Source: Klebsormidium nitens (taxonomy: Eukaryota; Plantae; Klebsormidiophyceae). From it: 64,000 nucleotides of DNA. Both the position numbers and the translations under genes were made by a program. The notes beneath the pieces are model-generated. The model searched no databases, was not told the DNA's origin, and saw nothing but the letters and a program-made list of their open reading frames with translations. Location of the stretch: NCBI GenBank assembly GCA_000708835.1, contig DF237049.1, forward strand, positions 139,531 through 203,530, given 5' to 3'. Below, one piece after another: positions 1-12,100 of this stretch (the first letter of the stretch is position 1; every line of letters begins with the position of its first letter).

Positions 1-2927
1 TTACTCTTCACACTGTGCTTCGATCTTATATCTCGACGTACGAGCGATGTCAATACTTACACTCCCCCTAAGAGGGTGCGGCAGGGCTCCACAAGTGTTC
101 CGTACATGCCTTCTGGAAAGCTTGTCAACGGTCTTTCTGGAAGCACTGTGGCTTCACCGTTTGCAGCCTGCAGAAGCTTGCAATTGTGGAGCTTCGACTG
201 TTAGCAGCATTGGGATTGCCGACTTATAAGTCCATATCGGAAAGTGGACCTCGCAACCATGCGAAGCTTGATGCAAAACATGTTTGTAAAGAACACGGCA
301 TTGGATTATGCAGGCATATCAGATTCTCTCTGATGCTGAAGCAAGGCTTCGATTCGACCAATTGCTGGAGAAAAGTGGGGGACCTTCGCGGAAGTGATCA
401 TGGCGTCAAGAAGTGAGTGAAGGATTGAAAGCAAGAGCGAATGTAGATTATCATAACCCATTGTATCCGTATTTATTCGCTGTAGACGCGTAGTGGTCTG
501 ATGGTCAAGATGTGTTGCTCCTAGTAGGTGGGTAACTCCTGGTGAAATCTATGTAGGAACATTGGTTTCATTTGACCAGTGCTTTGTTGCTTAATGTGAC
601 CGCTGGTCACTGTAAGAGGTGTAGAAAGTTTTGAGGGTGTGTAGACCCCCATCTTTGAATATCCTCGATCGTAACTATAGGCTAGAACTCGTTTCGCTTT
701 ACAAGCTGCTGTTTGTTGTTAGAGTTCGGAATTCTTGGCTAAGTAAGAGAATTATAGTACCCCAACTTGCAAGGGCAAAAACAAGGTTTTCCAACATCTT
801 GAGATGTTGTGATGGGCATTGGCATGCGACCATGCGTTGGGTACGTTGGCCAACACATAACATGGTTTCCCCCACAGCCTTACATTTCTGAAGCAAAGTA
901 TTATTGTTCCAACCCGCTCATTGAGCTTTGCTAAAATCTAGTAGGCCACCGTGGGCTTCTCATCAAATCACAGGTGTGATACACCTCCACGTGTATATGC
1001 GTAGGTATGTGCATCCATATTGAGCTCTGACACAATGTCTCTAAGGACTGATAGTATACGCGATAAGAAGCCCTTAAAACAAGGTAAGTTGGTGCATATC
1101 TGGACGGTATCTATCGATCACATGGTGCATGGAGCTAGACGTACGTACGATGATGCACACCAGAATTACAATGCATGCGAGTTGTGTCCTGAAGAAGAGC
1201 AAATTTAGCTGGCCAGTGTGTGCGCGGCTAGAAACATTGTTCGAGATGTTGTCGCCTTTTTACAACTAATATCATGCACACAATGATATAGGATTTTCTG
1301 CGTTCAATGTCCTTTAGGCACCATATCATGAGCAAAGATAGAGACCTTCGCGGCAAATGTATGCCCATTGAGAAGCCTATGGCCCTACTAGAAAAGAGAC
1401 CATGATAGAATATGGATACCTCCATGTGAAAGATGCCGTAGCCACCAGACTCCAGAGTTCAGAAACTTCAGACTGGAGGTCGCATGGTGGGGTTTCGCCT
1501 TTCCAAAGATGGTCTGCCAGCCAGGCAAGAGGCACATTGTAGCCGAACTTTTTCCGAACTGATGAAACGTCGGCGCAAGCGGTAGGTACCGCTGGAGTCT
1601 TTGCAGGCTCAACGCGATAGAAGGTACCACACTCCACGGTACGTATATTCCCCGAGGCAATTCAGCTCCCGGGAATGCCAACAAACACTAAACCTAAGCT
1701 ACACTGAGGCGAGACCGTTAAACCCACACCCTAAGGCGTTCCGCCGGCAAGCTACCCCCACCCACCCTAACCCCCCGACCTAACCCCACCAAAGTCACTC
1801 GGTTGCTACGATTGCTGGTGGCTCAGGCGTCGACATTCATACGGTTCGGAAAAAGTTCGGCTACTTTGTCCATTTTGCGCCAGGGCCCCCGAATGATACG
1901 CAATTTTCTGCATGCATCTCAACTTGCATGCAAACCGTGACCAACCTCTGGGGTGGTGCAGTGCATAGAATATGGAAAATGTGCCACAATACATTTTCAC
2001 GTAGGTATAGGACCGATACCGGTACACTCGGACTCCGCCATCGGGCATATCTCGCGTATGCCCTCCCCCTCGGTCAATAAGAAATACTTACCCCCGGGGG
2101 CCGGCAGGGGCCGCCATGCCGGCCCTGGGCCCTCGAACGGCGAACCCGAGTGGTCGGGCACAGGCTACCAGTATCTGACTAGAGCCCCCGGGTCAGCCCA
2201 GTCGTACGTACCGGTATGTGATTGCGGGTATAGGTATTGGGTACCGGCGGCCTATTACAATTTTCTCAAATTCTTGGCGCTATGCCGACGAGTTCTTTCC
2301 ACCCCGCACAAGGGGTAGGTGCCACATGGCATGAGACTATTCGCCGAGGCGGGATACGGCCCAACGGCTACTTGGTTGACGGTATGTTGACTCTGAAGTC
2401 TGGGAGACTGGATCGAACAACTTCGACATGGTCATGGTCCATGGTCGTCGCGAGTCCAAGACTGTACTAGTGTCACGGTTCGCATTAGCTAGGCTGGCAT
2501 CACCCCCGGTGCACGTGCACATGTAATTTGTAAACACCATGGCTGCTTTCCAGGAGCTTCCACTTCTCGCACAACACTACCTACCTAGCTGCCCCGACTC
2601 TTTTGCGAAGCGAATGCAGATCATGTACCCATCCTTCAGCACCAAAGCGCACGTTCTGCATTCTTCAACAGGGTAGGCGGTTGCATGAGCATTGAGGCCC
2701 TCCTCCGGAAGAGCGAGCTGTGGGGGCTATCAGTCAGGTTGCCTGTCAGAGAGAATCCAGGAAGGCCCAGTGCTGCTCTCAGGAGCTTGCCAGCTTCTAG
2801 TGCATCTACTTGGCTAACTTACTTTTGCGAAGGTGTTTGAGAAACGTGTTGGGGAGTGGCTTCAGCAAGCAACGAGTGAGCTCAGCGTTGTTGTGCTGAG
2901 GAGAGGAGTTGTGCGAGCTTGAGCACT

Positions 2928-5900
2928 ATGGGGCACTCATCCAGAGGGTGGGGGGCAGCTCTGCTGGGGTTGCTGGCAGTGGTGCAGGTGAGTGGGGCTC
3001 GTTGGAGCTGAGGAGTGCCCTTGGGAGTCTGCCACAAATGTTGATAAACCAGGGAGACACCACCACAAAGAAATGGCCGAAGTACTTGCTGGTCATATTC
3101 CACCCCCTTCTGCACAGCTTGTCTTTTCCAGGTGGCACACGAGACCTTCCTGATATCAACCTCAAAGCTGTCTATTGTTCCTTACTCAGTAGGCTTGTCT
3201 ATTGTACCATGTTTTGATATAAAGGGGTTTAAGGCTGTCCCAAGTTTTAATTTTCCCACTAACTTGCAAGTGTGCCAATCTCTTTCTTTGCTTACTTCAA
3301 CTCCTCCTTCACTACTTCAACTCCTCCCTCTACTGCCAAAACGGCTGGTTTGCAGATTCCTTTTTCAGCTAGTGTTTGAACCTAATCAGCTCGAAGCCTG
3401 TGCCTATCTTGACCCCCCTCAACTGATCCAGAGCGAGGACAAGGCTGGCTGGGGGTGTTTGCTCCATAAGTCGTCTTGAAAGCATGCCACTGGAGATTTG
3501 ATGTCCGGATAGCACTTGGGATTGCTTTCATCCTGACCAGGTCACATCAGGAGTACCCCCCCAGCAGGGCCAGTGCCCTCACCCTCCCTGCCCCCCTTCC
3601 AGCCTGGAGTGTGCCCCAAACGTTGCCTTTGTGCCTCCTTGTGCAGATTGTAAGTATAAGCGCGCAGACCCTGAGCACAGGCAGTCTGTCTGTCTCCTGG
3701 GACGTGGTCAAGTCTAGCATAAAAGAGTACACAGTGGTCGTGAGGTTAAGGAACAACCAGCTGATTAACCCGGTTCCTGCGCCGGGGTGGGCACTGAGCT
3801 GGACGTGGCAGCAGAATGAGATGGTGGAGACTGTGGATGGGGCACAAGTGTTGAACCTCGCAGGTGAGGGCCGCTGGTCCTGTGCATGCTGGCAGGGGTT
3901 TGAAAAGGCGCAGGCTTGCAATGTGCTTTCAGGGGATGCGCGCACAGGCCTGATCAAGTGCAGGTCTCTTGACGAATTTTTTTCAATCCTGTACCACTGT
4001 CTAGAGACATACTATACTGTTCCTGGGTAGTAGAAAAATGGGGTAGGGGAGGGGGGCGGAATGGGCAATTCTTATGACCAGCTCTTCCAATGTTCGCTGG
4101 AGGATTGTTCCTGTCTCCAAGAATTGGTTTCAGACTGCCCTCTTTACTCAAGAAGAATTTGTGGAGTTTCCATCGACTTTAGACTTGATGAGGTCCGTTT
4201 GAGCATGTTCTGTTGGTCAAGACTCCTCGTTCCCCTCGTGCAGATTGCAGCGGCACATCTGCAGCGGATGACTTCCCGGACAAGGTGTGGTACGCAGTCA
4301 CGTGCGCAGCGCGCCCCATTTTTGTGAGCACATACAATCAGGGGTACCTGCCGGCAGCGTCGGTTGACAACGTCAACAACACGGCGCAATTCACAATTGT
4401 GTTGGTAAGTTACACCAGCTCTGGGGCCTCTGCTAGAATCAGGTGCACCTATGAAGGACTCTGTCTTCTGCAAGGCGTGAGATCAGTACAATTTAACTTT
4501 CATGACCGGATTATCACCCCCTATCAAGCACCTTCCTTATTCATTTTTCCAGAGCACAATCCTTCTGGCAAAATTGGCCAGCCACATCTCATTGGCAGTC
4601 CTCTACATCCCTGTTTCACATTTTTGCCACTACCTTTGACGTTTCCATTTCCATCTTGCCAGGGCAAGGGCTCTGACTACTGGGGCGTGGGTAACTTGAC
4701 TCTTCCCTCCGACTTTGACATCGGCCTCCCCGGGTATCAGTGCACGCTGCCCGCCCCGGTGGCAGCCGGCCGCAGCGTGCCTGTGTCCATTGGGGGCAGG
4801 CAGTATTACACTGCCATCAGGTCGTACGACTTCACGTGCTTTCTCTCACCGCAGTTTGTGGCCAAGCCCACCTGCTGTGTCTCCTTCTCAGGTGAGCCCA
4901 AGTGGAAATCATTCGGAACAATACTAGCACAAGTTGTGGGCTGCGGCAAAATGCTCAAATGCTACCTGTGGCGAGACAATCCGGAATCCTGAGCCAGTCG
5001 TGGTTCTTGCTTGTAAATGCGTTTACTTCATAGCACATGCACGCCAACGAGGTCAAAGACCAGAGGGGGTTGTGTTCACTCCGAAGGTTACTTCGAAGTC
5101 ACTCTTAATCCATTTTGAGGCCCTTGAAATATAGGTTTCAAGGCTTCAATCTGCATTAAGTCCTTGCCAAAGTCTGTTGCAATGGAAAAGCGGCAGCCTT
5201 CAGCTTGTATCTTCTGGTACCGTTTTTCATTTTCGAAGCTCGTTGAGCTGCTTCAATCCAATGCACTCTGTACAAAGCACATTTGTCCAACAACGTGTGC
5301 CCCAACTTCACAAGGACAGAAAGGAGGAGGATCAATCATGCTTTGAAAAGCGTATTTTCTAGATACTCACGCTTTTATTGCTACGAAGTGCGGTTGGTTT
5401 GTCGCAGTGACAAAGTAAAGAAGACGTCCATTGGTCTCAACCTTATTGCTCGCCTGCCACAAAAGAGAGGCTGGTCGACGGTTTCTGCGTCTTTCCCGCT
5501 TTTCTATGTCCCCTTCGGGAGGCGTCCATCTTTTGACCCTCCTTTTCTTCTTTTGACGCGCTTCTTCTTCTTCTGCAGGTTTTTTCAACAACACCGTTGC
5601 AACATGCCCCGCCTGTGCCTGCGGCTGCAATGCCACTCTTGGCTCCAATGCCACTCTTGGCTCCAATGCAACCGCGTGTGCCTCCCGCCAGTCGGGGCCC
5701 AACGCTGCCACGCAGCTGCTGTTCGGCCCTGCCGTTCCTACCACGTCCTCACAGCAAATCAGCTCCAAGGTGAGGGGAAACACAAACGCAAACAGTATGC
5801 TGCTCTGTTTCATGTGAATGAAATGCAATGTGACATGTCCAACATCTTGCAGCCCCGTTTGATTTTCAATAAGCTCGATTGAGCTTTGTCTACTTCGTCA

Positions 5901-7169
5901 AGCTTGGACTGGCTTGTCGTGGTTCGACCCCTCCATCCCGTCAGTGTCAAAGCAGAAGCATCGCTTGGATCAAGACCTGATCGACCTTTCTGTGTCGATT
6001 AGAAGAGGTATAGCCTTTTTTGAAGCCGGTGTCACTCGCTATTACTTTCCACTTCCTCTTCGTGCTGGAGTCAAATCTCGCTTCGAACCGAGATAACTGC
6101 ACCCCGTTGGCACAGAACGCATCTGTGCTCGTTTCTGTGAATTCCGGTCCGTTTCGCAGACTAACCCCCTTTTTCTTCCGTGTGCAGCAAACCCTGGATA
6201 CTGCCCCGCGGCCGTGCAGCAGCGGGTGCATGACGGACATCCACTTTGCGGTGAGCCAGGAGTTTGGCGGGGGGTGGCAGGTGCAGGTGGCGATTGCCAA
6301 CACGCGCGCCACGCCCATCGCGGACTGGCTGCTCGCCATGGACCTGCCGCTCGCCAATTACCTGGAGGCCGTATACACCGTGCAGCACGACGCCGCGCGT
6401 CAGCTGCGTGAGTGCCTGCCGCCTGCCTCCACCGAAACTCCTCTGGATCGGAGGCTTCGTTGTCGTGAATATTCAGGCAGAAGCTAGCCGCAGATGGGGG
6501 ACACAAAGCCCTGGCGTCTAGGGACTGCGGCTGCATATCTGTGAAAGAGTTGGGATCGCTTTGGTGCTGATGGTCGAGAGGAAACGAAACGCTTAGTGTG
6601 CACTTCGAAAGTTGGACTGCCATTTTTTTGCCGCCGTCCGCCAGTGCCCAAGTCTCAGACTCATTGCCCCGGTCAGTCAGCCGTTGTCATCCATGCGCTT
6701 TCTGAAAGATTGCACTTGTTTGCAATCATGAAGGAGCAACGAATACGCAGTGTTACGGGTTACTCAACTGCCCATTTCTTGCTTAATGTCTCTAGTCCCT
6801 GGCACCGCAGCGGCTGCTCGCGCATTGCTCTCACTCCGCTTCTTTCTCTCGCCTGCAGCCAACTTCGCCATCTTCTCGGGCCAGCCGTACTACAATGACG
6901 TCATCCCGTCCGCACCCGGCAACGTGCAGTGGATCATGAATTTCAACAAGACGGCCGTGGCCCCCGCGACGGGTCCCAAGATCAAGATCATCGACCAGAA
7001 CGCTTTCCCGACGGCCGTCTACTTCATGGGCCAGCAGTGCGCGCTTCCACCGTTTGACGCCATCCCGAGCAACATGTTGGGGCAGACCTCAGGAGCGGCC
7101 AGCGGGCGCCGGATAAGCGCCGCACTGGTGATCGCGGCCTTGGTAGCGCTTTCGACAGTGCTGTTGTAA
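2928..7169 (+). CDS. COBL: COBRA-like GPI-anchored cell-wall protein, 7 exons
   Basis: Phase-consistent GT-AG exons: 2928-2987, 3647-3863, 4244-4404, 4663-4891, 5579-5769, 6188-6407, 6859-7169. Signal peptide MGHSSRGWGAALLGLLAVVQ. COBRA-type segments SVSWDVVK..YTVVVRL..APGWALSWTWQQNEM...GAQ, PTCCVSFSGFFNNTVATCPACACGC, GNVQW, AFPTAVYFMGQQCALPP. Hydrophobic GPI-signal-like C-terminus ISAALVIAALVALSTVLL. Confidence 0.9.
5629..5670 (+). repeat. 18-bp coding tandem repeat (AATGCCACTCTTGGCTCC x2 plus a partial unit) encoding NATLGS-NATLGS-NAT
   Basis: Exact copies at 5629-5646 and 5647-5664, then AATGCA, inside COBL exon 5. Confidence 0.9.
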
Positions 7170-9122
7170 TATGGAGCTGACGTCACGACGCTAACCACTA
7201 CCACCTCAGCCGAAAAGGGGTTTGGGCAGGGACTCGGCGATACTACTGACACAGTGCAACCCTTTTCCGGTGCACAGGCGGGACTAAGTTAGGATGTATC
7301 CGGTGGAGGAGCTTCGCTTACCACGTGCCTTGCTGTTTCTGTATACCGTTGCGTGTCGCCCACAACGTGAGAAGGTATGGTGGGCGGCTGGGGAGGAGTG
7401 AATCAGAGTCTATCAAAGTATTCTTTGTAGTTAGTAGCATATAGGAAAGGTTGTCGGGTTGATGCTTGATCCATTCTCAGGACCACGCCACTCGCAGAAC
7501 GTTCTGACCATCGACATAGAGGTACGGTAGCACATGGAGACGTGGGGCTTGTGATCAAGCAGGTAACTGAACATGCGAGGACACGTAGTAGGCTATAGAT
7601 GGATGATGCATGTAAATTATACTTTTGAATCTGATGTTTGGTGTCCAAAGCAGGGTGCATGGGCCATCGCTTGAGGATCAGGACTTCATTCGATTAGAGA
7701 TCGTACCTATAATTGCGAGCTCTTCTCCATGCATGCTAGCACATGTACGGCGCCGGCATGGGGCCGGCTATATCTGTATGAGTCCATCTTGAAGGTCGAA
7801 GTTTTCCGATTTCGAGCTAGCTATAACTATTTATATGCAACCTGTAATCTGCCGGAGCGCGCACTGCAGGCCCTCTTGGCGCGGCCGGATGCAACGTATA
7901 TACAAGCTCTCAATACCTATCTTAGTATCAATTGCGATCCCCCTTGTACAGCCATATGGAACTGATGCACCTGGGGTCATGATCTGCTGGATCGTCGTGC
8001 ACTCGGGGTTCTGCTGGAGTTGGAGAATTCACGGTCGGCCCATGATCGCGTCCACATCGTTAATTGCATATACAAGCAGATCGACTTTATGGAGTCATGC
8101 ATGCATACAAGCAGATCGACTTCATGTTGCGTACAGGATTTCTAGCTTGCACTAAGGTGCGAGTACGCGATCATGGTTATGATATATGGTGTTTAATTAA
8201 TTCCTAGCTCTGTCACAATGCAATGTGCAGCTGCCTAGCTAAGCCTGCAGTGCGCGGCAAACTGTTCTCCGATTAGTATGATCGACATGGTGGCCGCCAC
8301 CACGCCGGGCGGCATGCACCAGGGCAGTCACTATGGGCATATATGGACCAGCACGTCTAGAAAACGCTTTCTAGCGCCACTGCACCATGCGCACTTGTAG
8401 CGAGTTACTAAGTAGCCAATCCATGCACTGTTGTGCAAATAACAACAGGCAGCAGTGACTCGCACATGGACTCTCGTGGGCGTCCAACTGAGTACATGGC
8501 TCTTCGAAGTACAAACAATAGGAGCGGGTTCACACACGAGAAGTAACCATCATACGAGTTATCGACAAGCAGCCAAAAAAATCTCAACGAGTAAGCCTCG
8601 AGATTCCGCAGGGACCCCGGCGAGCCCCAGTGTTCGGCCCGCCCCGTAACCATATAACGCATAAATCACTCTTTGTTGGGCAGCCGTCTTGCGACTAGAT
8701 CAAGTGATCGCCACCGGAGGCCTGGTCACGGCACGAAGTAGCTCCGATTCACACGTTATCAAGATCAGCTGCGGTGAAAGCTGACGTGCCACTGTATCTG
8801 ACTTCATAGCGCGTCAGTAACACTAAAGGCTCTTGAGCTCGCACACGCAATGGTGGTTCATTCTTTAACGGGCTGTGAACGGGTCGGCTCTGGGTGTCCA
8901 GCAGACCGCAATGCGAGTCGGATACCTTTGAAGAGACTCCTGTCCGAACACCTATAGATTGCCTGAAGCTGAGCCTTGAAGACCAAACGTTTGAAGATTG
9001 TGCACATGCTTTTAGCGGAGGTATTTCCATCATTCCCGTCAACAGAAGTTGCGGGCTTCTTTCTGACGTACACGATCTCCGGCCAACGGAATTGAGCTTC
9101 GAGTGGGCCCGTTGTGCGCCCT

Positions 9123-12100
9123 TCAGTGGACTGGTGTCACCGGGCTGGCCCTCTCTGCCGCAGGCTGACGCTCGGCCACCGGGGGGGTCCCCTGCGCGGT
9201 GGGGTCGTCCCCTTCTCTGCTCTGCAGCAGAAACAGGGCGCCTGCTGTCAAGGCGCCGACGCCGGTGGGCAAGGCGTCCGGACAATCCCGTCTCATGCGC
9301 TTGCCGGCGGCGCGCGCTAACCATTGGACGGAAAAACGGAATCTTAAGAGTCGGCGAGACAGCAAAGCCGTCCAGATCAAGTAGAGAGCAGCGGGCAGGC
9401 GTCATTCCGTGGACATTGAAAGAACGAAACGGTGAGCGTATGTAATGGTGGGCGGTTGAGCTCACCGCGGCCCGCTTCCTGCTCTCGTCGAAGTACTGGT
9501 TGGGGTGGTTGATGCCCGACTCGCACGGCGCGCCGTGCACGCCCTCGAACGTCGCCGCGCACGCCAACTGCGATCACAGCGCCCACAACCCAGTCACCAC
9601 ACCGGTCGCCAGTATGAAAATTGAGCTCGGGCGGAGCGAATGATCTATGATAACGGCGAAAGCACAGGGGCGTTCTCGAAGGCTGCCAGGTGATCGTTTG
9701 CTGAGGCTCATAAGTGTCAAGATGCTTGAAAGACGAATGGATACAAGCAAGTTGACTGGCCACTCAAATTGATGGGTGCGTACCTGGTAGTGGTGATTCT
9801 TCACTTTGGTCATGACGTCATCGATCGTTTTCCGGTTTAGCCGCATCCGCCCCAGCGCGGCCGAGAGGTTGTCCTGGCTGCAGACATCAAACGAACAGTC
9901 AGAATGGCAAACAGACCTGAAAGTCAGTTTATGCAAGACCAGCAGACTAGATTAGTTCCTCCGCGTGTCCGCCCCGCCCTGCCTGCCAGCGCCACGGCAA
10001 ATACTGGCGGCTTTTTACTTAGCGGACAAACTTCACGTTCTTCTGTACTGCGGTGTTTTTGGTGTTTTAACCGGGTTGGCAAACGGCAGTCACTAGACAG
10101 AACAGGAGCGGGGAAGACTATTCCGCGAGCACAGTCCTATGGACTGCCCCCCAAGTGGTGCGCGGCGCACCTGAAGTGGCGGTACGGGCAGCCGTGGTGG
10201 TCGCCCACTCCGGGCGTGGAGCTGATGATCTTGATGCAGCTGTACGGCGTGTAGTCCTGCACCACGCGCGCGCACGACACCTTAGCGACAAGGCGGGCAT
10301 GATGCGAACGCGCTAGCCCAGGGCGGGACCACGCCAGAACCAAGTCCCTTTTTCGAGCTTGCCAAAGCTTCCTCCAAAACTAGCAGTTGGTAGGCTCATC
10401 AAGTACTCTATTCGACCATTTCGGGGAATTTGCACATGACTGTCGATTTAAAGAATCGGCCTGTACACATGAGCAGGCTTCAGTTCATGTTGCAAAGAAA
10501 ACGAGCTGTTCGCTTGAGGGTCCAGAAGCAAGCGACTTCGTCTCTGGCCTCAGGTAGAAGACCTGATAAACCTGTAGCACAATAGCCACCGCAGAGCGGG
10601 TCGATCCTCCTCCACCGGAGACAAGGCGGCGAAACCTGCCCGGCTGCCGTCAGCTCACCGTGCGCTTGCCCTCCTTGCCGTAGTTGTGCCGCACGTTGTA
10701 GGCGTACTCCTTGTCGAACTTGTCCACGCCGAACTGCGGCGCACAGCGGCACAGCCGGTCAGCCGGGAACGGGAAGAGAGAGAGCGGCCAGGCGGAGGCA
10801 GGGAAGCCGTGGTGGGCAGGCAGAACAAGAAGGGGTCGAGACAAAAGACATGTCGAGAAGGAGGGAGGAAGGCAAGGCGGCTCTACACAACGGTCGAAAG
10901 ATACAGGCCAGATCCCGAGCAGTTTGAAGACAAGGAAGGCAAGTGCCCTTACCTTCTGTGCAAACTCGGTCCTCCAGAAGGTGAGAGCGTCCTCTAGAGT
11001 CAAACCGATGCCCTGTGAGACATGGAACAGCGCACCGTCATACCACCGCAGAGTCGGACGATCGTCCTCCACGTTTCTACCACTGGTTTCGCTCATGGAC
11101 AATGTATCTGCCGCGCAGCCACTGCGTTGCATGTGCTTCAATTACAGACACAGAATCGTAGCTCCGAAAACGTTACGGTTAACTCAATCATGCGAAGTGC
11201 TTCCGAATCCAGATAAAGAAGTCGGATCTCGTCGCAACACCGCTGCTGCATATGTAGTCCAAGCCTGGTGCGATGAGGCAGCCAGACGACCGCATCTTGC
11301 TTTAAAAGCCTGTGGCTCTGCATATCCAGAGGCAGGCAGAGTTGCGTGGCGCTGACCTTGAGGAAGAGGCCGAGCTGCTGCCGTCCCCCGTGCTTGAGGT
11401 GGTGGTCGTCGCGCACTTTGTGCAGCAGGTGCTGCATACACAGCGGGAACGACGCGGCCGCGAGCGCGTCCACGTCGGCCACGCGCACGCCTGCCTTGGT
11501 GGACGGCGTCGAGTAGTCGGGGCCCAGGTACCGGGACGACAACGCCTCCACCACCTGGCAGCGCGGGAAAGGGGGTGAGCCGGGGTGGGGCAACAGCAGG
11601 TACTCATTAAGCGGTTGTCTGGCTAGTTCTATAGCAAGTATTCAAGAAACACAATTCAAACAGCCACATCCGGGGAGAACTTTGGTTCGAGAACTCAGCG
11701 GACCTCTTCCTGAGTAGGTTCTTTGTTGTTGGCGGACTGAGTTCACTGACGAGCTCCGGCTTACGGGTAGCCAGGGATTCTGAGGGCAGCAGCCCGCATG
11801 AATTCCGATTGATACAGAACAAACTTTCTCACGAGTGCCCGGCCACAAAGAGCGGCTGTTGACGTAGCTCTATATGGCAACTCACTGAACCCCTCTGAGC
11901 ACGGCGCCAGACAAGATTGACGATCGAGGATTCTTACCGGAGTAAGCCGATCCTTTTCTTGCGCTTCGATCTTGGCGTTCCATTGACTGCAACGAGCCCA
12001 ACAAGGACATTTCAGGTCTGATAGGACAGTGCCCCTGCGGCAGATTCGCTGATCCAGCTTTGGTTTCGCTGACGGATGGGACGTTAACAACTCTCGAGCT

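Noticed and set aside
47-1690. Short ORFs in the first 1.7 kb as transposon or gene remnants
   Set aside because: No RT, integrase or transposase motifs recognised; the sequence is probably decayed but cannot be assigned.
8749-9567. 272-aa minus ORF as a stand-alone gene
   Set aside because: Only its first 34 codons are a PRIM2 exon; the rest is intron, other-frame or UTR read-through.
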